From contig NW_021833841.1 in NCBI RefSeq assembly GCF_006345805.1, positions 1-55,119 of the forward strand: a stretch of 55,119 nucleotides of DNA, given 5' to 3'. This document shows, one piece after another, positions 1 through 14,234 of the stretch. The notes beneath the pieces are model-generated. The model saw only the letters and a program-made list of their open reading frames with translations. It was not told the DNA's origin and made no database searches. A program made the translations under genes and the position numbers. Numbering within the stretch: the stretch's first letter is position 1; every line of letters starts with the position of its first letter. The DNA is from Octopus sinensis (taxonomy: Eukaryota).

Positions 1-395
1 AAAACGAAGCGGGGGTCGTGGGTGACCCCACAAACCACGTTCTCACACTGAAGACTTAATTTTTTTTCCTTTTCTGTTTTCGCTTAAACGAGGTTCTTTC
101 ACTCTCACCACACTTGCCACAGACTTTCCTCTTTTCCGAAACACACCGTGCGACAGGCATTTCTTCTCCAGCCTTATTTTTTCTTTTCATATGGAAAAGC
201 AAAACTTAACCAACCCAAGGCTGGAAATAGAAATGCCTCTTACGATCCCTTGCACTGTTACCTCTTCCGCGATAGCTACTACCGAGAGAAAACAAGCCTG
301 CTCTTCCCTGTTCAGGAAGGGCGGCGGAACGATCTTAATTATAGATTCGGTCGACAGTTGTATTCTTCTTAGATGTGACAGCAGAACAACACAAC
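1..395 (-). mobile_element. 5'-truncated 3' end of a Tx1-like LINE (ORF2 C-terminus plus 3' UTR, runs off the window)
   Basis: Minus-strand translation LLSHLRRIQLSTESIIKIVPPPFLN..FLSVVAIAEEV and, after a frameshift, MKRKKIRLEKKCLS. These align by eye with LLSRVGRIRLSAESIVKIAPPTSFN..FLVLVAVAKEV..LKRKMRLERKVLS of the element at 27680-27930. Confidence 0.75.
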
Positions 396-588
396 AAACT
401 AAATAAAAGATCAATTCAAATAATAATGCCATTTCTTCTTTACATTTTTTATTTTTTTTTTAGTTTTCATTTATTATTTTTTTTATATATATTTCTTCCA
501 TTTATTGTCCATTTTCCTTTTAATCTCGAATCCAAGCAGACGAAGTATACAGCATCTGTTGCTACCGAGGAATTAAAAAAGAAACTTA

Positions 589-629
<41 letters not shown>

Positions 630-1180
630 TGGGTGAGGTAGTAGGTAACAGCTCTTTTCACAAGCATACGCACCGTACACCCATACACATACCCCATCAC
701 CCGTTACCTACCGCCGCCGCCAACATCGTCATCACTACCGCCACCACCGCCACCGCCGCCACCACCAACAACACCACCACCTCCACTGCTTTTAGCTAAG
801 CTATCGTGGTAGGTATTTTTCTTCCTTTACTTCTCTTCCATTTAATGTTAATATCGTAATATAAATGACCAAAGCGTAACAGCGTAAATTGAGTGGCGAT
901 GGCGGTCTTCCGCGCGCATACAATAACACGTCATAAGCCATAGAGATGATATTCATAATCACATATACGCACGCAGGCAGAAGCAAGATCGCGCGCTCCC
1001 ACACACACACACACGTCCACCCACCTGCATATATATACCTGCATGTGTGTATGTATGTGTGTGAGTGTTTGCATATACTTTTATATATGTCCGTTTATGT
1101 ACGTTGTTGCACACAAAGACACATTATCTATCTCATAAAACATATGTATGTAACATACATCATACATTACATACATACAA

Positions 1181-1181
1181 C

Positions 1182-1245
<64 letters not shown>

Positions 1246-1489
1246 CATACATACACACGCACACACATATATGCATATATATTATGTATGTATGTATATA
1301 TAGAGAGATAGACAGATGGACAAACAGACAGACAGACAGATAAATAGATAGATAGATAGATAGAGAAATAGGTAGATAGATATGCACACACACTTACACA
1401 CAGAGGAATAGATAAATAGACAGTCAGTCAGTCAGACAAACAGACAGACAGATAGACAGACAGACAGACAGACAGACATACAGACAGAC

Positions 1490-1579
<90 letters not shown>

Positions 1580-1580
1580 G

Positions 1581-1616
<36 letters not shown>

Positions 1617-1660
1617 CAGACAAAGATAGATAAATAGCTAGACAGATATACATACATATG
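1181..1660. repeat. Compound microsatellite (TA)n/(AGAC)n/(AGAT)n
   Basis: Directly visible tandem repeats. Confidence 0.95.
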
Positions 1661-2565
1661 TGTGTATATATGCTATATGTGTGTATGATTGTATGCATGT
1701 GTATACGCACACGTACAGACACCCATGCACACAGATTTATACATGCATATATGTGTTCACAAACTCACACATACGCACACACACATGCGTTTGTTTTTGC
1801 GTATATATGTCTGTCTATACACTCGTATTTGTATACATACACTGACATTTATGTATATTTATGTGTGTGAGTGTGTTTGTATGTGAGAGAGATAATGTGT
1901 GTATGTGTGTATGTATGTGTGCGCGTGTATGTGTGTATATATGTGTGTGTGTGCGTGTATGTGTGTGTGTGTGTGTGTGTGTGATTGTGTATTTAAAAAG
2001 TCGAACGTAAATAAACCCACCTGATATCTTCGGTTTAATAAAATAATACCGATCGATTCAAGCGATGTACTGAAACATTCGTTTTTTATGTATGTTTACT
2101 TTTAAAAGAAATAAAGATCTTCATAAAAGCTTCGCATATTTCATTTGTATATTATGAATTATGGAAAAAAAATCCCCCCTATTTTCTTTCTATTTGTTTT
2201 ATCTCCCTTTCGTTCTCTCTCCCATAAAGCCAAATTTCTATGTACTTTGTTTTAATGGTGTTCATATGAATGCGATTGCATTTGTATTCATAACATGCAA
2301 TATATTTCCATGATATACTAACTTAAAATACTTTAACATAAACTTAGTGAAATAGACCAAATGCATCATGGTAAAGTCATTGTAGCCATTAAAACGCATA
2401 TATATATATATACCATTATCCATTATCCATTATATTCAAGCCTATTTTATTAGTATTTTTAATACCATTTTGGGAATAATTAAACCTGCTTTTATATACA
2501 TACACAAATGCATAGATAGATATGCATATATATATATACATACACACACACACACAACACACACA

Positions 2566-2621
<56 letters not shown>

Positions 2622-3464
2622 TATATAATATATATATAATTATATATCTAATATATATATATATATATATATATAATAAGGTAAGATAGCTTTGAACAAG
2701 AGGGAATTCAATACGAAAGTTTAGTCAGACAATTTTTAAAAAATTTTATTCAAATGTTGGATTATACTTCAGACATATTTCAACTGATACTCTCTCTCTC
2801 TCTCTCTCTCTCTGCAATTGGGTTTTCAAACACATTACAACTACTAGTTTCACGGCAATATGTTTTTTTTTTTTCAGTCACATTATAACTAATAGTCTTA
2901 ATGTTGTAATTTCTTCAGGTAATGGTTCTAAACCTTTATTATTTGAATACTGATATAATAATGAAGACAAATATGTTTTTTTTTTCTATTAGTAATAATT
3001 CTCACGTTATTCACTTGTGTTCCTGAAATGTGTTATTCTGTCTGGCTATACGTTTCCATATGAATATATTCCTTTAAACAAGTATATACACACTCTTATC
3101 ATTACCTACGCATTAGCTCGTGCCTGTCTAGTGTGTGCTCACAAGCGATTCATCCTTATTTTGTTTACTTGAAAGATTTCGGAACATATGTGAGAAGGTC
3201 GTTATAATAACCGGGTTTTACGTTCCATGGTTTACATTTAGTTAAGGAAACGAACTCTACTTATGTTTTGTATAAATGTCTCTATCCTTTCCACAAGGCG
3301 GTGGGTATAGCTGTGAGAGTATGGGATTGAATGTTATGTAGTATTTGGTCTGAATGTCTGCACATTAAGATCGAATCTCACTGAGTTATACTTTGCATTC
3401 ATCCTTTCGAGGGTGATAGAAAAAGTATCAATCATGGGAGATGGGTTTGTAGATGTGCAAGAAT

Positions 3465-3665
3465 CTTTTCTGCTCTAGGCACAAGGCCCGAAAGTTTGGG
3501 GGATGGGGCCAGTCGATTAGATCGACCCCAGTACGCAACTGGTACTTAATTTTTCGACCCAGAAAGGATGAAAGGCAAAGTTGACTTCACTGGAATTTGA
3601 ACTCAGAACGTAAAAACAGACGAAATACCGCTAAGCTTTTCGCCCGGCGTGCTAACGTTTCCGTC
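3465..3665 (-). mobile_element. SINE group C (head + body + tail Y) with 18-bp TSD
   Basis: Matches the other group C copies. Flanked by ttgtagatgtgcaagaat (3447-3464) and ttgtagatctgcaagaat (3666-3683), 1 mismatch. Confidence 0.85.
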
Positions 3666-4211
3666 TTGTAGATCTGCAAGAATGTCGGTCCGAATGTTTT
3701 ATGGTATTTGAGGAGGCAGATACCGAAAAAGCATCACCATCAACCAACAGAACTAGTGTGACCAGTGAGGCAAATCCTCGAAGTGAAGGCCAGTGACAAT
3801 CCTAAACTGCTCGGCCAAGTCGTGAGAAGAGTTCCTCAAGCTGGAAAGACATGTACCCTGGTGAATGAAGGAATGAATCCTCCCTACACTACAAGAGTTG
3901 TACAAATGTAGGATTTTGAAGTAATTGAATAACCCCCCACCATCCCCTCTGACCTATAAATAACATTGCCGTGCGCGCCATCTTGGGTAAATGTCCTCTA
4001 CTACACCCTCGAGCCGACTGAAATATTCATAATTAGGAAAAAGTCATTAGTTAATGATTTATCAGTGGCCAGCGATATGGGTTAAATTAATATTTAAATA
4101 TAATTATAATAAAGGGATGTCTATTTCTAGCATACAGGTGCTGTCCCTCAGCGCCCTTTAGTATAATAATACTTTAAATACACACACACACACACACTCA
4201 CACTCAAACAA

Positions 4212-4230
4212 ACACGCACATATACTGTAT

Positions 4231-4287
<57 letters not shown>

Positions 4288-4296
4288 CAGATAGAC

Positions 4297-4368
<72 letters not shown>
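4212..4368. repeat. (AGAT)n microsatellite
   Basis: Directly visible. Confidence 0.95.
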
Positions 4369-4372
4369 CAGT

Positions 4373-4735
4373 GGAGGCGCAATTGCCCAGTGGTTAGGGA
4401 AGCGGACTCACAGTCATAGGGTCGCGGTTGTGATTCCCTGACCGGGCGTTGTGAATGTTTATTGAGCGAAAACACTTAAAGCTCTACGAGGCTCCGGCAG
4501 GGATGGTGGAGAACCCTGCTCTACTCTTTCACCACAACTTTCTCTGTTTCTGTTGTACCTGTATTTCAAAGGGCCAGTCTTGTCACTCTCTGTGTCACGC
4601 TGATTATCCCCGAGAACTACGTTAAGGGTACACGTGTCTGTGGAGTGCTCAGCAACTTGCACGTTAATTTCGCGAGCAGGCTGTTCTGTTGATTGGGTCA
4701 ACTAGAACTCTCGTCGTCGTCACTGACTGAGTGCC
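4373..4735 (+). mobile_element. tRNA-derived SINE, head A + tail 1, followed by (GTA)n
   Basis: Pol III A-box-like (gcccagtggttagg) and degenerate B-box-like (ggttgtgattcc) motifs; colinear with the copy at 13471-13843. Confidence 0.85.
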
Positions 4736-4790
<55 letters not shown>

Positions 4791-4841
4791 ATAAATAGAT
4801 AGATAGATGGATAGATAGATGTGCGTGCGTGCATGAGTACA

Positions 4842-4904
<63 letters not shown>

Positions 4905-4905
<1 letters not shown>

Positions 4906-5120
4906 TGTTTGTGTTTGTCCCCAGCCACCTCTTGACAATCGATGCAGATTTGTTTAAATCCACACAACTTAGCGCTTCGACATAAGAGAGCAATAGAATA
5001 AGTACCAAGCTTTAAAAATAAGCACTGCAATCGACTTGCTTGACTAAACCTTTCAGGGCGGCGCCTCGTCATGGTCACAGTCGAGTAACAGGAACAAGTA
5101 AAAAGATTACAAAAAGATAA
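4905..5120 (+). mobile_element. Diverged 3' half of SINE group D
   Basis: Similar to 12680-12890 (cttgacaa..gatagaataagtac..ggcgg..aacaagtaaaa). Confidence 0.65.
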
Positions 5121-6739
5121 AGAGGCAAAAAACGACTTTAATGCTGTTTGATTGAAGGCCGTCCACAAAAGTTATGCAAGGAGCGCATTATATCACAGCG
5201 TACACATTTGGCGTTACTACTCTACAAAGAGATATCACAGATTACATCGAAGGCAGGCTGTCTGGTGGTTTAGAGTCACTTGTCTGGGTGTTCTTTTCTT
5301 TATTTCTATTCTAATACTGTGCCGATGCCTGGTCTGGTGGTTCGGGTGTTGCACTCATGATCGGGCAGTGCGCTATGTTCTCGAACAAAACACCAAACAC
5401 TTCATCCCCATTGACTTGCATGGTGTACATCTGACGTATGATACACCGCGCTCCTGCACAGGCAATGTCGATTTGGTGGAAGTAATAAGATAATGTGCAT
5501 CACATTTGATCTTATAAACAAATCACCTGAGAGGTTGTTCGGTAAGAAATCGCAGAACCGTCTTTCTCGGACTCGAGAGACTATTATTAAATAAATTCTA
5601 ATACTATATCGTTTTTTTTTATTTGATGGGTTTGGAAGAACGTCTTGTGTATATGGCCTTTCAAGACCTCCCCAGGTCAATGAAAGAGATGCTACGACTG
5701 CTTCTCTTTGAACATTGACGACCGCAAGGAAGATAAGAGCAGAAGATAATTCCAGAAAGCCTTCGTTTTGGAAAGTAAGAACATGAAGTAGAGATTTGTA
5801 TAAACCTGGGTGGTGTTGCATATAACAAGGGTGATGCGAGAAGGCGACGGATGTGAGTAAAGAGCGCCTCAGTAAAGTCGCATGAACCCAGCCTGCTCCA
5901 AGAGTCAGAATTTATTATAGTGGTGACAGGAAGATCTTGAAGACAAAACAGTGCGTCTGTGGGCCAGAGGCTGAAGTATGTCTGTGAGTGATTATATGCC
6001 AATCAATCGGGCAGCCTTTTGTCTGGGTATGGTCTAAAATGTCTACGAATGCAATAGCAACGGCACCATCACAGACATGAGAGCAAAATTCAAGTGTGGG
6101 CTTTATCTGAGCTTTTCTAGTGTATCAATCATTTTTGAGAACTGAAATATCTTTTAACCCTGAAATATCTTTATGCACAACAATTCGTGTAAATATTAAA
6201 TGCATATATGTAATCACAAAGTGATCCCATCTATTCTCATTACTTTTGTCATGCCTAATACGAATCACATTTGCCTATGCTTAAGTGTTTCACTCAACAA
6301 TTACACGGCAGAACTTCATTGTTCTAGAACTGTGGTTCTCATCCGGAATTCATATGATGATTAGTGGGTACATGTAAGATTTTGTTGTTAAAATTTATGT
6401 GCTATGTAATCAGTTATACTTCGACAATATACTGAATATTTGAACAATTTTTTTAATACGATTTCTAAGAATATTTAATTAGGATAATATAATAGAAACT
6501 TTTCAAACATGGACTGGTTATGAAGGCCTACTTATGCAAAACAGGAATCAAAACGGTCCATAGGAAAAATGTGGTTGAGAACCACTGGCAGCTCTGGAAT
6601 TAAATCCTTCTTTTCGCACATTTTCCCACACGGACGTAAACCCGCAGAGTTCCAGCCGGACAATGGTGCCTGTCTAGAAGAACATGTCAATACAAAGAGC
6701 ATTTCTCTTCCTTCTTTGACAAATTAACATAAAAACAAG

Positions 6740-7450
6740 AGAAAGCCAAATATATACAGAAACGCAGAGATATAGACATTTGTTTTCTTTTCTTTTGTTG
6801 AACTTCTATGAACAAATGCGATGAAAAACGATGTCTATGTTTTCAATGGAGACAATCCGGACCGATGAGGGGAGTTTTGCAAGTGGTTCAAAGACTTCTT
6901 AAACTAAAGAAGTTACATTTAAATTGCATGGCTTACTTTTCCGCCACAATTATGCCTCAGTGGAACCTGAGAATCGACATATTACTGAAGAAAACCTGTT
7001 AAATTATCAAGGATTGCATTATGGTACCGCTCATCAGCAAAAGAATTAATTAGACATCCTTTTTTACGGTATTGTGAACTTACGAGAATCTGTCGTGCTA
7101 AATACTCAAAAAGATTTTTTGAAGATGTGAAGCTTTATTTCTAGTAAGATGGAGCTGTCCCTATGCTATCATAGTAACACAACAGTCTACCTTGATGGGA
7201 TTTTTGCCAGATAGGAAGATTGAACGAGGAGGTTTAGTAGAAAACACTAGGCTTTACTGGATCTCAGAGCATCAGACATTTTTTATGGAAATATTTAAAA
7301 GATAAAGTTTGCGGTACAAAACCGGCAACAGCCGACGAATTGAAGGCAGCCATTGAACTGGAACATTTCTTGATGTTTACGATTCCATTGCTTTGCGTTA
7401 TCAGGAATACCTGGACTAGAACGGTCATCAGTTTGGAAACAGGCGTTCAT
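6740..7450 (+). pseudogene. Decayed Tc1/mariner-superfamily transposase (maT/rosa-like catalytic region)
   Basis: Broken frames give RTDE (about 6858-6869), KLHGLLFRHN, YF**DGA (about 7136-7156) and FLWKYLKDKVCGTKPATADELKAAIE (about 7280-7357). These match the DE / QQDGA / FLWGYLKDKVY motif order of this superfamily. Confidence 0.75.
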
Positions 7451-7578
7451 TCAAAGAAAATAAATAGTCTGTAGACTTTATTAAATTTTTGAAACGAAGT
7501 GTATTTTAATAAACACTGACTTTATAATCATTCAGTATGTGGTGGTGGTGGCGGGGTCAGCTTGTATATACTTATATA

Positions 7579-7609
<31 letters not shown>

Positions 7610-7779
7610 CTTTATGTATATGCATCTCACTACATTCACATACACATACACATAAAGGCATATAATACCGCAGTATCTTTCAATAGAAGAACGCGCATAA
7701 CATCAATACAATGGACCGATGTAGATCCTCGCATAATCAATCCGCTCACACTTCAATTCATGAATACATACATATATAT

Positions 7780-7800
7780 ATATATATATATAGATATATG

Positions 7801-7838
<38 letters not shown>

Positions 7839-8257
7839 ATTTATATATTTATAGATATATATATTATATATATGTATATATATATATATGTATATATTAT
7901 ATATATTATATATTATATATATATATATGATATATATATATATTTATATTCTATATAATATATATATTTATATTAATATATATAATTTATATATATATAT
8001 ATATTTATATATATAATATTTATATATAATATTTATTTATATATATATATATATATTTATTTATTTTGTATATATTATAGATATATATATTATATATATA
8101 TATTATTTTGATTTAGGTGATATATATAGATATATATATATATATATAATATATATATATTTATGTATATATACATATATTTTATATATTATATATATAC
8201 ATTCATATATGCAAATATATATAATATAATATATAATGTGTGTGTGTGTGTGTGTGT

Positions 8258-8302
<45 letters not shown>
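7780..8302. repeat. Degenerate (TA)n tract followed by (TG)n
   Basis: Directly visible. Confidence 0.95.
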
Positions 8303-8303
<1 letters not shown>

Positions 8304-11185
8304 CAATAAACAGCTTTCCGTATTGATATAGGAGTGGAAACACTGTGATTTTTCCCACAAGTCAACATCTGGTCTTGAGAATAGCAACAGCGGCAACAAA
8401 GATGGCGACCAAAAGTGAAAGAAAGCGATATATATATATATCTATTGAAGGTCGCTAATGACGGAAGCAACGCTGTGAACGGTGAGTTGTTGTGGTGGTG
8501 GGCGAGGGGTAGTGCTTGGTGGTAGTGTGTGTGTGTGTGTGTGTGTGAGTGGGGAGAGTTATGGTTTTGGTAGTGCTGGAACTGGTGAAGAAGCTTGTGT
8601 TGGAGGCGGTGATGGTGGTTGTAGTGGTGGAGGTGGTTGTAGTAGTGATGCTGTTGGTTGTAGTGCTGATGGTGATTGTGGTAATGTTGCTGTTGAAGTC
8701 GTTGTTGTTGTTGTTGTTGCTGGTGGTGGTGGTGGTGGTGGTGGCGGCGGCGGCGGCGACGATGGTGGCGACGGCGGTGGCGGTGGTGATAGTGGGGATG
8801 ATTTTTTATGTCGGATATGATAACGATATTTCTACGACTTGGTTACAGGGAATTTTTTCTTCATTTTTTTTTTATTCAGACCCTCTAAGACCAGTAGAAT
8901 ATTTATTGGAAGACAAGAAGTCCTCACTATTTCATACCATCACTCAAAACTGACCTCTCATATGTAACATTACCAAAAGAGCTTCCCAAACTAAAACTAA
9001 GCTTATTTTGCCGAAACAGAAAATACTTCAGCACTAATTAATTCCTAACTCCACAAAGCTGAAGTTCGATTCTCATTGAGCACTGTTCTTATATCACGAG
9101 CAACGCTAATGCCTCGCATTTCTTCGTACGTCATCCGTTCAATGAATGACTCATGGTTACGTCCTTGGTAAATGCTACACACAGATCGTAGAATAATTGT
9201 GTCAGAATACGTAGATAATTTCTCATGGACTTATGATATTCGTATGCAAGACAATGGGGGAAAGCCCGGTAGAATCATTAGCTTGGCAGCATGTGTTCCA
9301 GCTCTTTACGTTCTCAGTTCTAATCTCGTCGAAATAATGTTTGCCTTTCATTCGTTCGTGGTCGGTAAAACAAGGTACCAATCACATATTGGGGTCAATT
9401 TAATCGACTATCCCCCCGCCACTAAAACTGCTAGCCTTGAGCTAAAATTTGGAGCCATTTTTACTCACGACAAGACCTCAAGAAGTAAAGGAAAAAAAGC
9501 AACAAAGTTGTGCAGTGCTTTAAGAATTCCTCCACTGCAAAGCCTTTGTGCACGTGATTCTTTTTATCGACCACGGAGGGATGGAAGGCATAAGTGAACT
9601 CGGTTAGATTTGCACCGAAGAATTACATTCCCCTGCAGTTCTTTTGCTGCTAAGGACTTTTTCTCTTTTTTTTCCTGCAGACAACGGCTTACTGAAATTC
9701 TAAGTGAACGTTAACCACTTGATCCCTTTAACCATATTAATCCTGTCAACGAAATTCACCAGTCACAAACCAATGAGGAAGCAGCGTGAATTTTCTTGAT
9801 CGCATGCAATACGGAAGTGCACTTCCCAAAACATGGAGACGTCATCGCGTCCGTTGTACCTCAGGTTTTGGGATTCCAGATGTATTCAGGCAGAGCAGTG
9901 GAAATAACTGTATCTAAGTATCTAAACTTTAGATTCCTTTAGATTCTAAAGGAATGCGCTTGATGTGTGTATACGAATTTAAACGTATACTCCGTAAGCC
10001 ACGTATATTTTCTTTCATAGCATCAGTGTGTTATTGCCGGTCTGATTTATATTACCTTTGTGAAAATTATCTCTTAAGCCAGCAAGAAGAGATATTCTTG
10101 TAGATGCACAACTGCTGTTAATTGAGCAACTATATATGAATATTATTGTGTGATATTTGTATTATGGGATGATACTTGTGAAAGAAACTTTCCAAGAACT
10201 AAATATTTCACAAATACTCCCTTTGGTCTTAAATAAGAAAGGTCACATTAAAAAATTGCTGTCTTAGATATGAAAAAGTTTAAACGTATTTGGCACAGAA
10301 GGTTGCAACACTTTTGATTGTAGTGCTGCGCAATCAAGAGAAGCACCGGGCTAAATAATTACAATCTCACTCGTCTAGGAGGGCATTTCATGGACACATT
10401 CTTTAATTTGACGAACTATTAAAACACTACAACTAGTTTTTATTAATATTTCTTTTAAACGTGTATTTCACATTTATTTTTATGAGAATTTTTATTTTTT
10501 AAAACTTTCTTTTCTTCCTCTTTCCTTTCTCAACTACTGATACCGATCGATAAACCGAACGCGAGACACATAAAAGAAACACATATGTATGCGTGTCTGA
10601 ATTGTATGTATGTATATATGTATGTATGAATACATACATATACAGAAAAAAGACAGACAGACAGAGAGAAAAAGTGCGTGGAGGTAAATATGTACGTATA
10701 TTCGTAGGGGTGGAAGGGTCAATGTGGATATGTAGGAATATGTGTGTCTGTATTTATGAATGTGATTATGCGAGGAGTTTGCGTGAATGTGAAAGAGAAG
10801 AGAATAAGAAAGCAAAACTAAAGAATAAAAAAAAAATCGAAAAATAATATAAATTATAAATAAAATAGAATAAAATAAAATAAAGGACACGAGAACAAGA
10901 GAACATGCAGTCTGCTGTAGCTTATGTTGTGGTCTATTCCTCCTTTGTCAAAAGACAATTAAAAGAATGTTTTTCCCCACTGTCGTCCTTAAAAGCATGA
11001 CGAAAGTGACATGAATAGGAAGAAAGAGAGAAAGCTTAATCTATTGTCTATTACTGAGTGCTTCTTGTATAAAAGTCTGTATGCATACGAACCTACATAC
11101 ATTCCTACATACACACAATATATATATATGATATATATAAATAAATAAATATATATATATATATATACATATATACATATATATA

Positions 11186-11228
<43 letters not shown>

Positions 11229-11797
11229 ATATAATATAATATATATATATATATATATGATGGCGCTTCTTTACAGCTGTATGAAACACTGACATTTATA
11301 GTTCTATGATAATTTTAACCGTCCTTTTTATTTTTTCCCCGTTTTTCTCATTTTTCTTTTCAGTCAGTATTGTTCTTGTTTTTTTTTGCTGTTTTTTTTG
11401 TGATGTTTTTACTTGTCTTACTTTTCCACTTTTCTTTCGATTTTTATAATTCTTTCTTTCTGTTCTGTTCTTTTTTTTTTAATTTCTCTTAAGTCCTTCT
11501 CTAAGCTTATAACACATTTTTTATATCAATCTGTTTTTCTTTCTCACTCTCTCACACATTTTCTTTCTTCCTCGTTTTCTCTCTCCCTCTCTCTCTTTTT
11601 CTCTCCTCTCTCTCTCTCTCTATCTGTCTGTCTCTGTGACTGTCTCTGTCTCTCTAGCAGATTGTACATTTATGTTTCCTTTTACGCATGCATCAATAAG
11701 TTACACACACACACATACACACACACACGCATACACACACACTGACTCACACACACACATATATGTATATACATATACGTATAAGTACATATAGGTT

Positions 11798-11836
<39 letters not shown>

Positions 11837-12495
11837 TTACAGTTGTATACACACACATGTCTTTTAAATATGTAAATTCGAACGGACTACGAAGAAGCAA
11901 AAGCTGCAGAATCGGAAACAATCTTGCCTTGTAGTATTGTGGAATTTAGTTACGTTCTTTTACATTCATAGTTCAAATCTCGCGAGCGACCATCTCTTAG
12001 AATTCATCCAAACTACGTCGATAAAATGTATATTAAATGACCAAATTACGCACGCACGCACACACACAAACGCGCGCGCGCGCGCAATTCTATTTTCATC
12101 GCAAAAATAGGTTTATCGTTGTTTCACCAAATCTGCTCAAGTTTACTTTCGTGCGAATTCTTAATTATTTACCTATAGCATTTCGAAATCATTCAATTTA
12201 ATAAGCAATTGAATAGATACATATATATTTTAAATAAAATTGCGTGATATTCGTTAAGTGATAATATTACCTAGCTTGGCAAAAGGATCATTACATTGAC
12301 TTTCAGTAAAATATTGCTACATCCATGTGTCTGCTTAAAATAGTAATATGTGTATCATACCTAAAGTAGACACATCACTTAAAGCCTAATTAACTGCGGT
12401 ATCCATCCTGCGGTAATATCCCTTAGTGACATACATACACGTACATACGAACCTACATACATTCCTATATATATATTATATATATATATAAACAT

Positions 12496-12890
12496 GCTGT
12501 GTGGTAAGTAGCTTGTTTACCAACCACATGGTTCCAGGTTCAGTCCCACTGCGTAGCACCTTGGGCAAGTGTCTTCTACTATAGCCTCGGGCCGACCAAA
12601 GCCTTGTGAGTGGATTTGGTTGACAGAAACTGAAAAGAAGCCCGTCGTATATATGTATATATATATGCATGTGTGTGTTTGTGTGTCTGTGTTTGTCCCC
12701 CAAGCATTGCTTGACAACCGACGCTGGTGTGTTTACGTCCCCGTTACTTAGCGCTTCGGCAAAAGAGACCGATAGAATAAGTACTGGGCTTACAAAAGAA
12801 TAAGTCCCGGGGTCGAGTTGCTCGATTAAAGGCGGTGCTCCAGCATGGCCGCAGTCAAATGACTGAAACAAGTAAAAGAGTAAAAGAGAG
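12496..12890 (+). mobile_element. SINE group D (tRNA-like head, CORE-like domain, internal (TA)n(TG)n)
   Basis: gcaccttgggcaagtgtctt resembles the MIR/CORE motif; at least five copies in the window. Confidence 0.85.
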
Positions 12891-12897
12891 ACATTCC

Positions 12898-12929
<32 letters not shown>

Positions 12930-13470
12930 ATAACATACATTGTTAATAAAAATACCAATAGCAGATGAAAATCATCCAGGTCATTGCTGTATCTGCTTTC
13001 AATATGACACATAGATTGCTACTCTATGTATTTTCCTGATGCAAGACGCTGGAAAGACAAGAGCAACTCCGATATAATTTGAATTTATAATATTATAATG
13101 CGAAGTAAATACCACAAGACATGTGTTTCTGCAAATCCAACGATTACGCAGCCTATCACAGCAATTATAATTATTTCTAATTTTAAGGGATCGAGTTAGT
13201 CAATTAAATCGGTCTCTGTATTTGAATGATACTTTATATTGTCAACAACGAATGGACGTAGGGTCAGATTGCTCCCGTTGAGATTTGAAGACTACGTATA
13301 TATATGCCCTTCGATCCACTGTGTTGTCTACTTCTATTATATATATAGCAATAATCATTTATAAATAAACATGAAGCTCAAAAATTTGGAGCAGTTTCTT
13401 AAATGGCTCTAGTTTGGGACTTTCCTGAGTCAGAAAGGTTGTATCGTCTTTCGATTCACATCTTTTGCAT

Positions 13471-13843
13471 GGAAGCACTCCGTCGGTTACGACGACGAGG
13501 GTTCCGGTTGATCCGATCAACGGAACAGCCTGCTCGTGAAATTAACGTGTAAGTGGCTGAGCTCCACACACGTGTACCTTAACGTTTCTCGGGGATATTC
13601 AGCGTGACACAGAGAGTGACAAGGCCAGCCCTTTGAAATACAGGTACAACAGAAACAGGAAGTAAGAGTGAGAGAAAGTTGTGGTGAAAGAGTACAGCAG
13701 GGATCACCACCATCCCTTGCCGGAGCCTCGTGGAGCTTTAGGTGTTTTCGCTCAATAAACACTCACAACGCCCGGTCTGGGAATCGAAACCGCGATCCTA
13801 CGACCGCGAGTCCGCTTCCCTAACCACTGGGCCATTGCGCCTC
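13471..13843 (-). mobile_element. SINE head A + tail 1 with TSD
   Basis: Direct repeat cacatcttttgcat at 13457-13470 and 13844-13857; intact A and B boxes. Confidence 0.9.
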
Positions 13844-14234
13844 CACATCTTTTGCATACTGTGTATAGGTTTATCTCATTCCTCCTCCACTCCACTTTTT
13901 TTTCTCCTTAGCCTTCACTTGTATTAACCTCCACAGAAACTGCAACCAGCCCTTGTAATGTACACCCCATCGGACGTTTCTGTAGTTAATAAATGAAATT
14001 ATTATTATTATTGTTGTTGTTGTTGTTAGACAGCAACCTCAGAATCTTTAGCTCGCCGAACAAAATGCTTCGCAACATTTCGTCCATTTTTACATTCCGA
14101 ATTCAAATTCCACCGTGGTCGACTTTGTCTATCATCTTTTCAGGGCCAAATGTAATCGACTAGCCCCCACCCTACTGATTTCAGACCTTGTGCCTCTTGG
14201 AGAAAGAATTATTACTATTGTTATTATTATTGCT

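Noticed and set aside
11-30. GC hairpin gggggtc-gtgggt-gaccccc as a terminator
   Set aside because: It lies in a LINE 3' UTR at the window edge, and bacterial terminator logic does not apply.
5400-5700. Minus-strand SISFIDL / KD..VYKIKC resembling a Penelope RT thumb and GIY-YIG domain
   Set aside because: The motifs are in different frames, the spacing is too short and there is no YIG or YVDD. Unresolved; it needs a profile search.
9172-9597. 141-aa ORF
   Set aside because: It runs through decayed SINE sequence (about 9260-9460 and 9540-9620).
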